Shown here: positions 42,515 to 56,530 of the stretch, piece after piece
Position numbering within the stretch: position 1 is the first letter of the stretch
Layout of the letters: every line of letters begins with the position of its first letter
Source of the DNA: Chrysomallon squamiferum
Lineage: Eukaryota > Animalia > Mollusca
Assembly (NCBI GenBank): GCA_012295275.1
Contig: CM022671.1
Location: 35,278,001 to 35,342,000, forward strand
Length of the DNA: 64,000 nucleotides
Direction of reading: 5' to 3'
The notes under the pieces: generated by a model
Database searches by the model: none
Seen by the model: the letters and a program-made list of their open reading frames with translations, nothing else
What the model was told of the DNA's origin: nothing
Position numbers and translations under genes: made by a program

Positions 42515-42562
42515 CATTAAAATTACTTTTATAATTGTTATTGTTACGATTACAACTGCTAC

Positions 42563-42607
<45 letters not shown>
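42383..42607 (+). repeat. (ATT)n blocks with a duplicated ~50-bp unique spacer
   Basis: ATCATTAAAATTACTTTTATAATTGTTATTGTTACGATTACAACTGCTACT occurs twice, 96 bp apart. Confidence 0.85.
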
Positions 42608-42608
<1 letters not shown>

Positions 42609-42861
42609 AATTTCCATATATTTCATTATGTATCTGTGCATGTATGTAGATTTCTATTTCTATTTTGCTAAAAAGAATGGATGGATGAATTCATGTAAAA
42701 TAGAAAATAAATAATTCCTATAATATGTACACCAATAAGATTAGCCCATAATGTGACTGCACCAGGATAGTTTATTTGTGTCAGGGGGAGGATGTGAGTA
42801 TGGGTGTGGGTGTATGTATTATCCTCACCATTCATGACTAATGTAAACTGTTTGTGTTGAT

Positions 42862-43231
42862 CTGTTTGTTTGTTTATTCAGAATGTACAGGTGTATGAGG
42901 AGAAAGAGGAGCTGGTGACTATAACTGTTTGTTTGTTTGTTCAGAATGTACAGGTGTATGAGGAGAAAGAGGAGCTGGTGACTATAACTGTTTGTTTGTT
43001 TGTTCAGAATGTACAGGTGTATGAGGAGAAAGAGGAGCTGGTGACTATAACTGTTTGTTTGTTTATTCAGAATGTACAGGTGTATTAGGAGAAAGAGGAG
43101 CTGGTGACTATAACTGTTTATTCAGAATGTACAGGTGTATGAGGAGAAGGAGGAGCTGGTGACTATAACTGTTTGTTTGTTTATTCAGAATGTACAGGTG
43201 TATGAGGAGAAGGAGGAGCTGGTGACTATAA
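42862..43231 (+). repeat. Six-copy 63-bp tandem repeat spanning an intron/exon boundary
   Basis: Unit = CTGTTTGTTTGTTTATTCAG (20 nt of intron end) + AATGTACAGGTGTATGAGGAGAAAGAGGAGCTGGTGACTATAA (43 nt of exon start). Exon-part starts at 42882, 42945, 43008, 43071, 43126 and 43189. Confidence 0.97.
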
Positions 43232-43296
43232 TAAAACAAGCAGCCAAAGAACGGCTACAGCTTGAGAGACAACTCACTAGAGGCAAGCCAGTGGAG
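43189..43296 (+). CDS. RIMBP2: RIMBP exon (36 aa); acceptor is the last of six tandem copies
   Basis: Acceptor TTTATTCAG|, donor GAG|GTAAGT, 108 nt, phase 0/0: NVQVYEEKEELVTIIKQAAKERLQLERQLTRGKPVE. Confidence 0.85.
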
Positions 43297-44249
43297 GTAA
43301 GTCAGTCTCAATTATTTTAGAAGTGTCAGTTGTCTCCCTTGACCTTTTTGCGTGAGAAATATAATTTTTATTTATTTATTTGTTCCTTTAAATTTGTTAT
43401 TGTTGTTTGTTGTTGTTTTTTTTTGTGTTTTTTTGTAGATAATTTATTTTAATTTTGTTTTATTATTATATATTTGTTTTCTTCTTTTAAAATTACAGGT
43501 TTAATTTAAATTATTTAGTACTTTTCTCAGTAGTTACTTGTTATCTTTTTATCTTATTAAAAACAAGTTTCAGTCCTTCATCTCTCCATCGTGTCACTGT
43601 CAGAGATTATTATGAAACAATGGCAACATAAAATATACTCAGCATTCTAATTCCTGATAACACTGTCATATATAGAAATTTTAAAATAACATTTACTTAC
43701 AATTGAATCAGACAAAACCAGTTGTAAATTCTTCAAAATGTTCTGAGAAAATGTTGAGATGCAGAAGTGTTGGAAGATTTCTCCCATTTATCAAACAGTT
43801 TTGTGTATTTCCATTCTTTCACATTTTTCCTCTGTCCTATTTTCCTTCTTTCTTTTTCTTCCTTTCGTTTTCTTCTTTTTTCTTACAGTTTTACAATTAT
43901 TTTTTCCTTTCTTTTATTTTTTCTAATTTTAGTATCCTACTTTTTTCTTTACTACTACTAATAATAATACTAATACTATTACTATTACTGTTATTATTAT
44001 ATTTTATACTGTTCATTTATTATTTTATTAAGGTACCAGAAATTCTCTAAACAACATATCTTAAGTTAAATTTTGGATGCAGTATATTAATCAATGTCTC
44101 CTGACCAGATGTAACCAAATGTTAATTAAGTTGTTGGGAGTATTTGTTGTTTTGTGCTGTGAATTAAATTTTACAACTCTGAGGATTTAAAAAAAATATA
44201 TATATATATATTTTTAAATTTTGAAAAAAAATGAAGTTGTTTATTTATT

Positions 44250-44318
<69 letters not shown>

Positions 44319-44767
44319 TATTAATTAACAGTACTTTAATAAAAATAAAAACATCAACAACAATAACTATAATAGCATTAGTAGTAGTAGTAGCAGTAGG
44401 GCTGTAAAAACAATGAAGCAATGAGATCAATGATAAATTACGTTATAAACTTTTCACCAGACACTTGTTGTGTAATAGAAGTATCAAAATGATAGAGAAG
44501 AAAAGACACATTGTTATTTATTGTTAGAGTGTAGTATTTTGTATAACAAGCTATTCAAACAGACACAATGACTACAACAGCTGTTTAAGTCTATGAATAT
44601 GTATGACATTTTGACTGGCACACTTCCAATAGCTGAAAATAAATAATAATGGGTTCGCTTGTAGAACACTTTTATTTCAAGAATTTTTAATTTTAGATTT
44701 ATTTATTTATTTATTTCATTGTTATTAATTTTTTGTTGTTTGTTTGGTTGGTTGTTTGTTTGTTTGT

Positions 44768-44845
<78 letters not shown>

Positions 44846-45580
44846 TAATGTATTTATTTTATTATTCTAGTATTTTTGATTCAGTAATGGTTTTGACCTG
44901 AAAGCTGCTGCCTTGTTTACCTTTTAATTTTATTTATTTTATTTTTTTTTAATTAGATTTTCATCAGTATTTTATTAGACATTCCAGTAATTGTATTTTG
45001 ACAAGATTCCTTTGAAGTTGAAATGAGTTTTTGTTTACGTTATCGATTAGTTTGTTAATGCAGTAAGTAAGATTTAAAAAATGTAATTTTACAGAAAAAC
45101 CTGTATATGTGTGCCATGCATATGTTTGACTCTACTGTTTTGTGTTAGACACATGTATAGTTGTACTTACACAATACACAGTAACATTTCAATCTGAATC
45201 AGATGTTTATATCGTTATACTGTTTAAAACAATGTAATATAATGTAATACTTTGCAGCTGATAATTCTCCATACTAGATGGCATGATTTTTCAGAATGTT
45301 TTTAAGAAAATTATTTCTAAGGAGCTTCAGACAAACTTGTATTATTCTGCTCTGAGTGTGAGTAAATTGTTCTGTAGTTAAATTTAAAAGGATAATGGAT
45401 GAGCAAGGTTGGCAGAACAAAGATAAGTTTCAAAACTCCTTGGTAGGTGGTGTACTGTGCAGTAGAATTATGTAGAAGGATAATTGTTAATAATTTATTT
45501 CTATTCCCGACTGGGTTCACCAATGGATGTATCACAGTATGTGGTAAGTGTTTTTCTTTGTACAGAGAGAGAGAGAAAAA

Positions 45581-45687
<107 letters not shown>

Positions 45688-45707
45688 ATGTGCGAGTGAG
45701 TGAGTGA

Positions 45708-45759
<52 letters not shown>

Positions 45760-46209
45760 ATGTCAGTGATATAAAAAAAAACCGACTGAAAAACAAACAA
45801 TGTTTAAAAGACCAGTCACAATCTAGAATGTATGATTGTTTACAGCTAGAGTTTTATTCCGGGGATATTTGTCTCTGATGCCAAATCATTGATCTGTGCT
45901 CACATCTTTGATTCATTCCCCAACATGCAGCTACATCAACTACATCAGTATTCATACAAGGGATTGTTCTAAGCAGATCTCTGATGAGTTCTGGATTACA
46001 AACCTTTAAATATTAATGTCCTCCAGCAGAACTGTGCTCACTGCAGTGTGTTTTACACTCTGACTCTCTCTGCCTCAGTGAGCGCTCACAGTAATTAGTT
46101 AATTGGTGTGATTTCCATCTTTCTCCTTGGATGTGATCAAACCAGCATCAACCCTGAGGTTGCCAACAGAAGCATGGGAGGCAGTGATGTTAACACCAGG
46201 CTTCCATTT

Positions 46210-46565
46210 AATATGAGGCATTAAAGTTAATGTGAGTCAGTGAGGTTAACATGATGCAGTAAAGTTAATGTGAGGCAGTAAGGTTAACATGATGCAGTAA
46301 AGTTAATGTGAGGCAGTAAGGTTGACATGATGCAGTAAAGTTAACATGAGGCAGTAAGGTTAACGGGAAGAAGGGACATTAAAATGAGTCAATAATATTA
46401 ACGAGGTTATGGTGTTTACATTAAGCAGTTGTAATGTTAACATTAAACAGTAAAGTTAACACAAGGTTGTGAAGTCAACAGTAGACAGTGATGTTAATGT
46501 GAAGAAGTGATATTAGGACAAAGCTGTGAAGTTAAGATGATGGTAAAATTCTCAGTGAGGTTAAT
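46210..46565 (+). repeat. 19/38-bp minisatellite decaying 3'-ward
   Basis: TGAGGCAGTAAGGTTAACA / TGATGCAGTAAAGTTAATG alternate over 46230-46362, with degenerate copies beyond. Confidence 0.8.
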
Positions 46566-48850
46566 ATTTAAAAAAACAGATACAGCCCTTTCCCCATGTG
46601 TGTTTATCCCAGGGCTGTTCAGCTTTGTTACAATCCAATTAGTAAAATAATACATAGTTTCCTCCCCTTGGGCTGTTTTTCTTGTTCAGTGTCTTGTTAA
46701 TTAAAAACAGTAGCATTATGATAAACTGTTTTCTTCCTTAGTTTTCCTCTGACACTTTGACTCTTCCAGTACACATACATGTGTATAAGTATGCATCTGC
46801 TGTAGACGGTGTTAACTGTATTTGATCTGATGTACTCATAGTAATTCATTATTTCTGAAGAAAGGTTCTGGTGAACCATGTGTATTAAAGTACAAGTAAG
46901 AAATCCCTTTGTGATAATCAGTAGAAACAAAACCCTGCAGTTTTGTGTTTTCTCTCTCTCTCTTACTATCCCTGAATAATTACACTAATATAATGTTAAA
47001 ACTACTGTATACAGTTTATTCAGTTATTAATAGTTCTGTATTTACAGTTAGAATGTTTATAGCGACTTTTATAATAATTATTATTGTTGTTGTTGCCGTT
47101 GTTCTTGTTACTTGTAATGACTGATAAAACTGTTTCTTCAAGAAATGTGTTAAAGTATTAACCTTTATTTCTACATTTTTAACATTATAAATTATTCTAA
47201 TAAAGCTTCTAAAAATATAAAAATGTGAGATATTTTTTGACTGTAACTAACACATTCATACATACATTCATAGATAAATACATACATATTTACACACACA
47301 CACACATGCACACACACACACACACACACATATACATACATATACATTAAAACATAAATACAGATATATCTACACATGTAGATACAGACATATGCATCTG
47401 AACACATATACACATAAACATACCCACATTTATACATAATATACATATAATTAGTTACAGACATAATAATACCTGATAATTTATACACATTGCAGTACAT
47501 GATTATTTACATTTATAGTACTAAATTATACAGTTTAGACACACAAACGTACATATAATGAAGGTTAACTTATTATTTATATATTCAGACCAATCTCAAG
47601 CAAACTGTTTAATGGAGGGTGCACCCAAGTTATTAGCTTTGTCCATCATTAGCCTGGGTCAACATTGCAGCATCAATAGTTTTGATAGCATTATTGGCTA
47701 AAGACCTACACAAGTGTGCGATACACTGTATATCTCACACTCCTCGGCTTGTACTCACTGACAGGCTGTTATATACAGTACGTAGATACCTGACAGAGGA
47801 TATGATTACCTTTTAGCCTAAGATGATATTCTACTTAAATCATAAGGATCAATGGTGATGGTTAGAGACTGGGAACACCACACTGCTGTTTGTGAACATA
47901 GTTTTTTTCTTTCTTTCAAAATATTGAATAAACGCCGGCCAGATGATGCGGTATCCGGTATTGATCTTGTACAGCGATGGCTGCTGCTTTGGTGTGGTCT
48001 GGCGTAGCTGGTTGGCATGAGCTGATAGCATTAAAACGGTTTACTGGCGACGTTCATATCCTGGCCTCATCTGACCACTTCCGACGATGACAACCACAGC
48101 CATGTTGTAAGCAGCAACAGCACTGCAACCGGTCGAGAGATGTTTCACCGAGTAGATTATTATCAAAAAAACCCAACCTAAAACAGTTTCCACGCCGGTA
48201 CCACCTACTGCAGGGTAGAAGCTACACAAATGATGAATTGTCTTTTCCTGTTGAGAAATTAGATGAATTAACAAGGTAAATTTGTATGTCTGTGTGTCTG
48301 TGTGTGTGTCTGGTTATTGTCCTTAGTCTTAGCGTCTTCTAACCTTGTCAGTGTTGTTTGTGTATTCTTCATTACAGTTTTGGGTTAAAGGTTTCATTTC
48401 CAGAACCTGTTGAATGATTTTCTGTTTTGTTTGAAGAAAAAAAAAGGAAGATGGTAATGATGTGGTGTGTTTTCCAGAGATAAAACTGACATGTTAATAT
48501 TCATTGGTAGTTCAGGTGTACAGGTGTGTTGATGATAGTTTACACATTACTCTTATCTACTTTTCAGGTGTTATATCATTATAGACACACTCTCAGTCTT
48601 TCTATCTATAGTTTTTTATTTTTTATTTTATTTTTATTTTTTTTTATTTATTTGATTGGTTCTTCTCCATAAAACATGGAGAGAAATTTGTTGGGTTTTT
48701 TTCACTGTTTTTGATTTTTGGATATTAATAAATCTTTGTTTATGTCTATTAATCTATCTTATTACTTTACTCATATTTTATATAAAATATTTATTTACTA
48801 AATTTATTCACAGTTCTGCCACTGACATGTATAATTGTCCTTTAAAATTC

Positions 48851-49349
48851 AAAAATAAATGTTAACATGTCAAGTATTCTTTACATATTAGAATTAATTT
48901 TAAAAATAAATGTTAACATGTCAAGTATTCTTTACATATTAGAATTAATTTTAAAAATAAATGTTAACATGTCAAGTATTCTTTACATATCAGAATTAAT
49001 TTTAAAAATATATGTTAACATATCAAGTATTCTTTACATATGAGAATTAATTTTAAAAATATATGTTAACATATCAAGTATTCTTTACATATCAGAATTA
49101 ATTTTAAAAATATATGTTAACATATCAAGTATTCTTTACATATCAGAATTAATTTTAAAAATAAATGTTAACATATCAAGTATTCTTTACATATTAGAAT
49201 TAATTTTAAAAATATATGTTAATATATCAAGTATTCTTTACATATCAGAATTAATTTTAAAAATATATGTTAATATATCAAGTATTCTTTACATATCAGA
49301 ATTAATTTTAGAAAATACATGTTGACATATCAAGTATTCTTTATATATC
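48851..49349 (+). repeat. 51-bp minisatellite, ~9.7 copies
   Basis: Unit AAAAATAAATGTTAACATGTCAAGTATTCTTTACATATTAGAATTAATTTT starting at 48851, 48902, 48953 ... 49259, plus a diverged last copy. Confidence 0.95.
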
Positions 49350-49610
49350 TGGATATATCATAACAAGTATCCTTTATATTTCAAGAAACGTTAAAATCAC
49401 TTAAAGCATTCCTTCTATATCAGGATATATCATAACAAGTATCCTTTATATATCAAAATAGATTAATATCACATAAAGACTTACTCATGTATCAGGATAA
49501 ATCATAACAAATATTCTTTATACTTCAAAACAAATAATATCACATCAAGTATTTACTGTGTATCTAGATATATTATAACATATAACAAGTATCCTTTACA
49601 TACTTGATAC
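49350..49610 (+). repeat. Older ~72-bp degenerate tandem repeat
   Basis: GGATATATCATAACAAGTATCCTTTA-like motif at 49351, 49423, 49495 and ~49566. Confidence 0.7.
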
Positions 49611-50214
49611 AATATTAAACATAACCTAGCAGGTTTCCACTGTGCATCAACTCCCACTCTGTAAACAAAAAAAAATATATATATATATATTTGTCTGCAT
49701 AATTAACACATTCTTCTTAAGCAGATAAAAATATTTACATATCTCTTTGAGAGGTTATCTTCAGAATCATCACAGATAAAGAGATTTCTCTTCTAGTTCA
49801 CTGATAAATATTTAATGTCAGCTAAATACCACTGGGGACATACATATCATATTTCATGACTAGATGTGTTATACCAAACTACATCCATCATGCTTCTGCT
49901 CATAAATAAAACTGATGTTCATATTAGTCTTTGTGGCATATCTCATTGTTTTTTTTCAACTGCAGAGGAAATAAACAGTTATAAATGTTTTACAAGTTAG
50001 CTACAAACACATAGCTGTCACTTGAGAAAGCTATTTTAAAAAATCAAGATAATGGAAACTGCTTTTCTTCATCATTACTTAGGGTATTGATCTTAGAAAT
50101 CTCTCTCTGTGTGTAAGTAATGTTATTAGGGGCAAGGTTATTATTTTTTGTTTGTGACATTATATAACACTGGGTGATGAATAATGCTATTAGATACAAA
50201 TACATAAACAGAAA

Positions 50215-50289
<75 letters not shown>

Positions 50290-51205
50290 GGAAAAACAGA
50301 TGAATGAACAGAGAAGAAAGGGATAAAATTAGAGATGACAGACATTTTATTTGCATTTAAAAACAAACTGATTTTGTTATATTTCAGGCATAATTTGGTT
50401 TTAGAGTATTGATTACTAACCTGAAGAAGATGAAACAAACTTTTTTTTTTACAAAAATTCTTGAAAACCCATTAAATTAGATTATAAAGGAAAATAAAAT
50501 CTGTGTATTGAGGAGGAAACACAAAAAGTATTTTATATTAACATTCCCAGTAAGGTAAACTGGATTAATTAACTACTGCTAATGAGATAAATAATGTATG
50601 ATTAATGCTTGAACAGTAGCAATTAATTAGCCTTTGAAGATATACTAATATCAACTGAAGGTTCAAACACATATTGTCTGGGCACAAAAGTCTGGGACAG
50701 TGGTAGACAATTTATTGCTATTTCTTTCTTTTCTTTAAATATTTGTCTTTAGAACCCATTGGTGAGATTTGATCTCAGGTCACTCTAGTTGTAAAGACAA
50801 TAAAGTGAATAAACTAGAGATAGAAGTTTTCAGCAAGAACTGAGCTTAGTACGCAGGTGTTGTACGTGTTTTAACTGAAAGAATGGGCAGAAAACAGTAG
50901 TAAATGCATGCTGTAAAGCCGATGACTTACAGTACAGACAGAAACTGTGAGTGTGTTTTTGTCATAATGTCAGTGATATAGATGTAATAGGAATCAAATC
51001 TCACTGTACAAGTACTGTGAAGCATGCAACACAAAGAATTTACTGTAGAGAGTTAATTGAAAGACAAGATTGTGAACAATACTGAACAGAATCAATGATA
51101 ATCCAATAGTAAAATACAGCAGTGTGTCTTCTTGTGTCTGACACTTTTACTGTTTTATTGTTTACTGTGTGTGGGGAAAATTAATAATAGAGTGAAATTA
51201 ACTGT

Positions 51206-51251
<46 letters not shown>

Positions 51252-54200
51252 AGAGACATATAAACACAAAAAATAAGAAATGGTTGTAACAGAAAGGTTT
51301 TAAGACAGACCCATTTGACTCTTGTATGATTGCATGATTTGTTCATTTAGTCCAGACAGACAGACATAATATCAGACATTATTCAAATGTGGGAAAGATG
51401 AATTGTAAATCTGTGTAGACCATCAAGTCAATTATCAGATTAAGTGAGAAAACTTGCTTGTGACAAGTTTCCATGATAGGTACCTAAAGTCATACACTAT
51501 AGTCGCGACATGGGTTAGCAGTTACAAATGTTGCTTTTGTCATTTTTATTTTATTTTCAGGTTCTTTTCTAATTTTTCTGCACAGATGAACTAATCTATT
51601 TTTCACACTCATGGTTAAAGCAGGCTCTGCGTGGACTTCATCGTTTCTTTGCCAAACACACTGGAGCTTTTTAATTAGTAGCTTAGCAACAGAAAAGTAA
51701 TTTCAGTCTGGCAGAGTTTTAACACCCAATATGTCAGTATTTGACGTACAACAACCAGGTTGATTGATAACTGCTTACCTTGCCTCAGGTATTTATTGGA
51801 CGTCTTCCTACCATGCTGTTGTGTTTTAATTAACATCCTCATATGAATATATGTAAGCTTCGTGTCAAATTAGCTAGCAAAGAAAAATTGGTCTTCTTGT
51901 TAAAAACAAAATCAAAATAATTGATGTATGTAATTAAGTGCGTCATGTACATAACTTATTACACACTGTAAGTATATGAGTTGTATATTACAGCCCAAAG
52001 ACAGGGTTATAAGACTGGTTATCAGTGGCTATGGCAGGTATTTTCCTGTTTGTAGAGTATGAAACTTTATATCTTGTTGTTAATGGTAAAATGTAGTAGT
52101 TTTTACAGGAAGAGAATATTTCAGAATATTGAATGGTTAGTATCAAATAACTGATGAAAGAAAATTAATCAATATACTCTTAGGAGATATAAAACAAAAC
52201 ACTGAGGGTTTTTGTGTTTTGTTATTATTGTTGTTGCTGTTGTTGTTGTAGTGGTTGTGGTTTTTAACTATTTCAGGTTAAACACAATAATGTTTATCTG
52301 TTACAAAGTAATCATAAATATCCATAAATTGGCTGTAAATATCTTTCATCTGGTTGTAAATATATTTCATTTGATTGCAAATATCTGGTACATTAGTTTG
52401 CAAATACCATTTATCTAATTACATGTCTATCTATAAGCAGATTGTCTATATCTCTAAATCCAAAATCTGTAGATTTACACAATTAATGGGCATTAAGTTA
52501 TATAATAAAACTATAAAAATAAATTTAGAATATAAATAAAAATAAAGAGAAAATATATTTGAATGTTATTTCTGTGTGTGATATATCTGGATTTTGTAAG
52601 TTTTATACATAATAACAAAATATTGCCAATATTAGACATCATAAAAATTTGGTTGCCAGGCAGCGCTGACATCAGAATTAAAACAAATATCCAGCTGATC
52701 TCTTCTTTCCTGTGTCTGATTGTCATTTGTCTGTCAGTCCGTTTCTGTAACTACTGGGTGTTTTTTTTTTCATGTTGTTCTTTCAAATGTTTTTTTTTTC
52801 TTTTTCTTTTCTTGTTGTTGTTGTTGTTGTTGTTGTTATTGCTGTTGTTGTTATTATTATTATTATTTTAAATCCTCTCTTTGATGGTGTTGACTCTGTG
52901 ATCTGGCGGTTCACACAGAAAGGTTAAAGCAAGCAGTTGGTGACACAGTGTAATTTTCATTTGAATCGTGTCCACTCCTTCTCATCAAGTCATGCAGCAC
53001 TGCCAATTATAAAACGCTGATGTAGCCAATAAACAGATATTTCAGACGACATCATGTAGGTGAGCCACTGTGTAGGTTAGTGATTGTGCGAAGCTGTGGT
53101 GTGTGTGGGGGTGGGATGCCAGTGGGAGGCAGCCTAGGTGGGTGTAAGTTAATTACATTTAGAATTAAGAATGAATATGTGTGTGTTTTTGTATGTATGC
53201 TGTGGTGTGTCTTTATGTCTGTGTGTGTCTGGATGTCTCAGTGTATGTGTATGTCTGTGTATCTGTATGTTTCTGGGGATGTTTGAATGTCTGCATGTTT
53301 CTCTTGTCTCAGTATTTTTATGTCTGTGTGTGATATGTATGCATTTGTATATCTGTGTGAATATATATATATATATATATATTAATATATAAGTATGTAC
53401 TTGTCGACTTGATTATTTGTGTACGCATGTAAAATTAATGCTCTGTACCTAAACAAAGTGACAGATTATTACAGAATTTTGTTCTGCTGTTCAATAGCTA
53501 CAGATATATCACAACCAGCCATGCAATATGTTCACTTTAATCAACACATTGAGAATGCATTTACGACAGCACCTCTCATAACAAAAGAAAATTGCTTCGC
53601 CTGGAAACTTATGAAACATGAATGAATCACAGGGGAGAACTAATACAGTGTCAGCTTCTGATAAAAACTCTGTGTTCACCGAGATGTAATAATCAGAGTT
53701 ACCTCAGGCGTGAGAATATGAAGTTATTGTCACCCTGAGACCTGGTTGATAACAGAGTTATTTATCAGTCTGTCCTCAGAGACTGCTTTATTAATTAGTC
53801 TCCATACTGCACAATGTCCTTCCTTTTCTTCCTCTGTTACATGGAAACGTGGAGTTTAGCGACGTTACAGACGAGTTATAGGATCAATTCTGCTTGGTGG
53901 AACTTTCATTCTGTTTTCATGTTTCCAGTCAGTGTCTGGCATATTATAAACACATGGCAACAAACAAAGCATGAAGATGCAAACCAGACAGAGGTGTCAG
54001 CTCACAGCAAGGGTCTCCACAACAAGCTGGCTGGCCCATAACAGAGTGGACTGAGAGAACTGTACAGTGTGTGAAATACCCAGTTACAGCACAAGTTTAT
54101 ATGAGCTAGTAAATGATATGTGGTTGAAGTTAACAAATATTGTTTTAATATTAACAGCCCATTTCAGTCCAGTTCAGTATTTTTGTAATAGAGTAGGTTT

Positions 54201-54611
54201 TTACTATTATTATTATTATAGTTTATATTATTATTGTTATTGTTGTGGTTATTATTATAATTATTATTTGTTATTATTTTCTTTCAGTAATAGTATTTTT
54301 CGGATTATAGGAGAGACTCAGTCTTATGATCCTATTGTTTTTACAAAATAATCTTTCATTAAAACAAAAGGCAGTTTAGTTAAAAGTAATACTAAAACAA
54401 TAAATAATAGCTTAATTATATCTGTTGTTTTGAAATCAATGAAAAATTAATAAAACTATTTAGTTAAAACACTACATTGATATAATGTAATAATTATAAT
54501 AATAAAAATAAAAATAAATAAATAAAATAATTAATTATATTTTTTTTTTTATTGATTCCATTAATTAGATATAATTAACTGAAATCAATATTAAACAAAA
54601 CATTTCTTCAA

Positions 54612-54806
54612 GAATGGAGCACTGGTCGGAATGTGATATACTCCAACTGGCACTTCAGACTGAGAACTGATCTTGCACTATAACGTAATTATCTCAAATC
54701 AACTACAATTTGTTTTAGCCACAGTGTACTGGTTGGAACGGGAAATGGTATAATATTCGTACATCATGCAGAATTGATCCTGCAGTTATCCGCGCCTCGG
54801 GCTAAG
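54612..54806 (-). mobile_element. Decayed SINE-like copy (two partial units)
   Basis: GGAGCACTGGTCGGAATG and GTACTGGTTGGAACGGGAAATGG...GAATTGATCCTGCAGTTATCCGCGCCTCGGGC; similar to 33498-33575. Confidence 0.5.
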
Positions 54807-55802
54807 AACAGAGCTAATAAAGCTGCTCCAGTGATCTCCGAGATTTTAATTGATTTTATAATTCCTTTCCTTTCATCTTGGGTTAATCGCCAGTCCTCCT
54901 TGCAAGCGATTTCTGAAACTGCTGTCATTGTTGTTTGTCATTAAGAGTGTGTTATTGATAGTATTACATAGTGTCGTATGACACACTCAGTCTGAACTGA
55001 CGTGTGTCTTTGATAACACAGAACTGAATCAATAGCAAGGATAAAACGTAATTGTCTAAGCAGGCATGGAAACCTGTTTAAATTGTAGTCAGTTCATTTA
55101 TTTTTATTTCTTTTATTTTTTTATTATTATTTTATTTTTTTTTGTCTCTGCTTGTTAAATTTTCTTCTTTTTTTAATTTTTTTTAATCTGTACATCATTA
55201 TTTTATATTATTCTTACAATGACTATTTTCATTATTATTATTATTATTACTATTCAAATAAATCTTTTATTCTGTTGTTCAGTTGACCCAATTTTATAAC
55301 AATTACCATCTTATGAATATTCATGTCAATGCATGTTACTCATTCATGCATAACTGTTATTTTTTTTTTTTTAAATCTCTTAAGTAGGTGTAAGAATATT
55401 GACATTTTTACATCACGCAATGCTGTCAGTGATAAACTGCTAATCACTTGTAACATGTTGTAAAGGTTTTTGTTTTGTTAGGCTGTGATATAACTGAGTT
55501 ATTAAACAGCGTGAGTATTTGTATTTATTTAACGTTTGTATGCTTTTCATTATCATCATCATTATTATGTTACTGTTAATTTCTTTAATGTGTTATTACA
55601 TTACCATAGTCAGTCTATTCATTTTTTTTATTTATTGATTGCCAGATTAAATCAGCTTAAATCATAATTTTTTTAATTATTTTTTTTTTTATTATATTTT
55701 TTATTAATAATGGTGCCAATGAGGATGATGTTACAGTAGTAGTGGTAGTAGTAATAATAAATAGTAATGATTGTAATACCACTAGTAATGTTAATAATAA
55801 TG

Positions 55803-55866
<64 letters not shown>

Positions 55867-56357
55867 TAATAATGAGAATTATTAACAACAACATTTACCA
55901 GAATAATGTGTCTGTGTTATTGTGTAAGAAACAGGTTCTGTGTGTGATTGCTATTGATTATAATATTATATGGCTATTGACTGTCTTGATAACACATTTT
56001 CCACTGGAGTGATCACAACCAGATGCACTTAGGTGACTGTGTTTAAGGAGAAATAATAAATCTTATGCTCACTTGAATTATCCTGGCTGTGAGGCTGCAG
56101 ACTTGGCTTAGACATGTATCTTGTAAAAAATCCTACACATTATCAGGCTTTAGGCATTTTCTATACTGTAACTTGTCATTTATTTTTGTCACTTTTTTCA
56201 CCATCTTTTTTATTTTTTTTATTTTTTTTGTTTCCTTCATCCTTTATATACTCTTTCTTTTCATTATCTTTCACCCATTCTTTCTTTCTGTCTATCCCCA
56301 CTTACTTCCTCCATTCCTGTTTCTTTTTCTCTCTTTCTGTCTGTTATTTTGAAGGTA

Positions 56358-56416
<59 letters not shown>

Positions 56417-56472
56417 CTCCTGTTTGTTCTTTTTCTTTCTCTTTCTGTTTGTGTTTTTTCTTTCTTTTTCTG

Positions 56473-56530
<58 letters not shown>

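Noticed and set aside
42870-43320. Track ORFs of 72 and 61 aa as a stand-alone repeat protein
   Set aside because: They are read-through translations of the duplicated acceptor/exon unit and lack true ATG starts.
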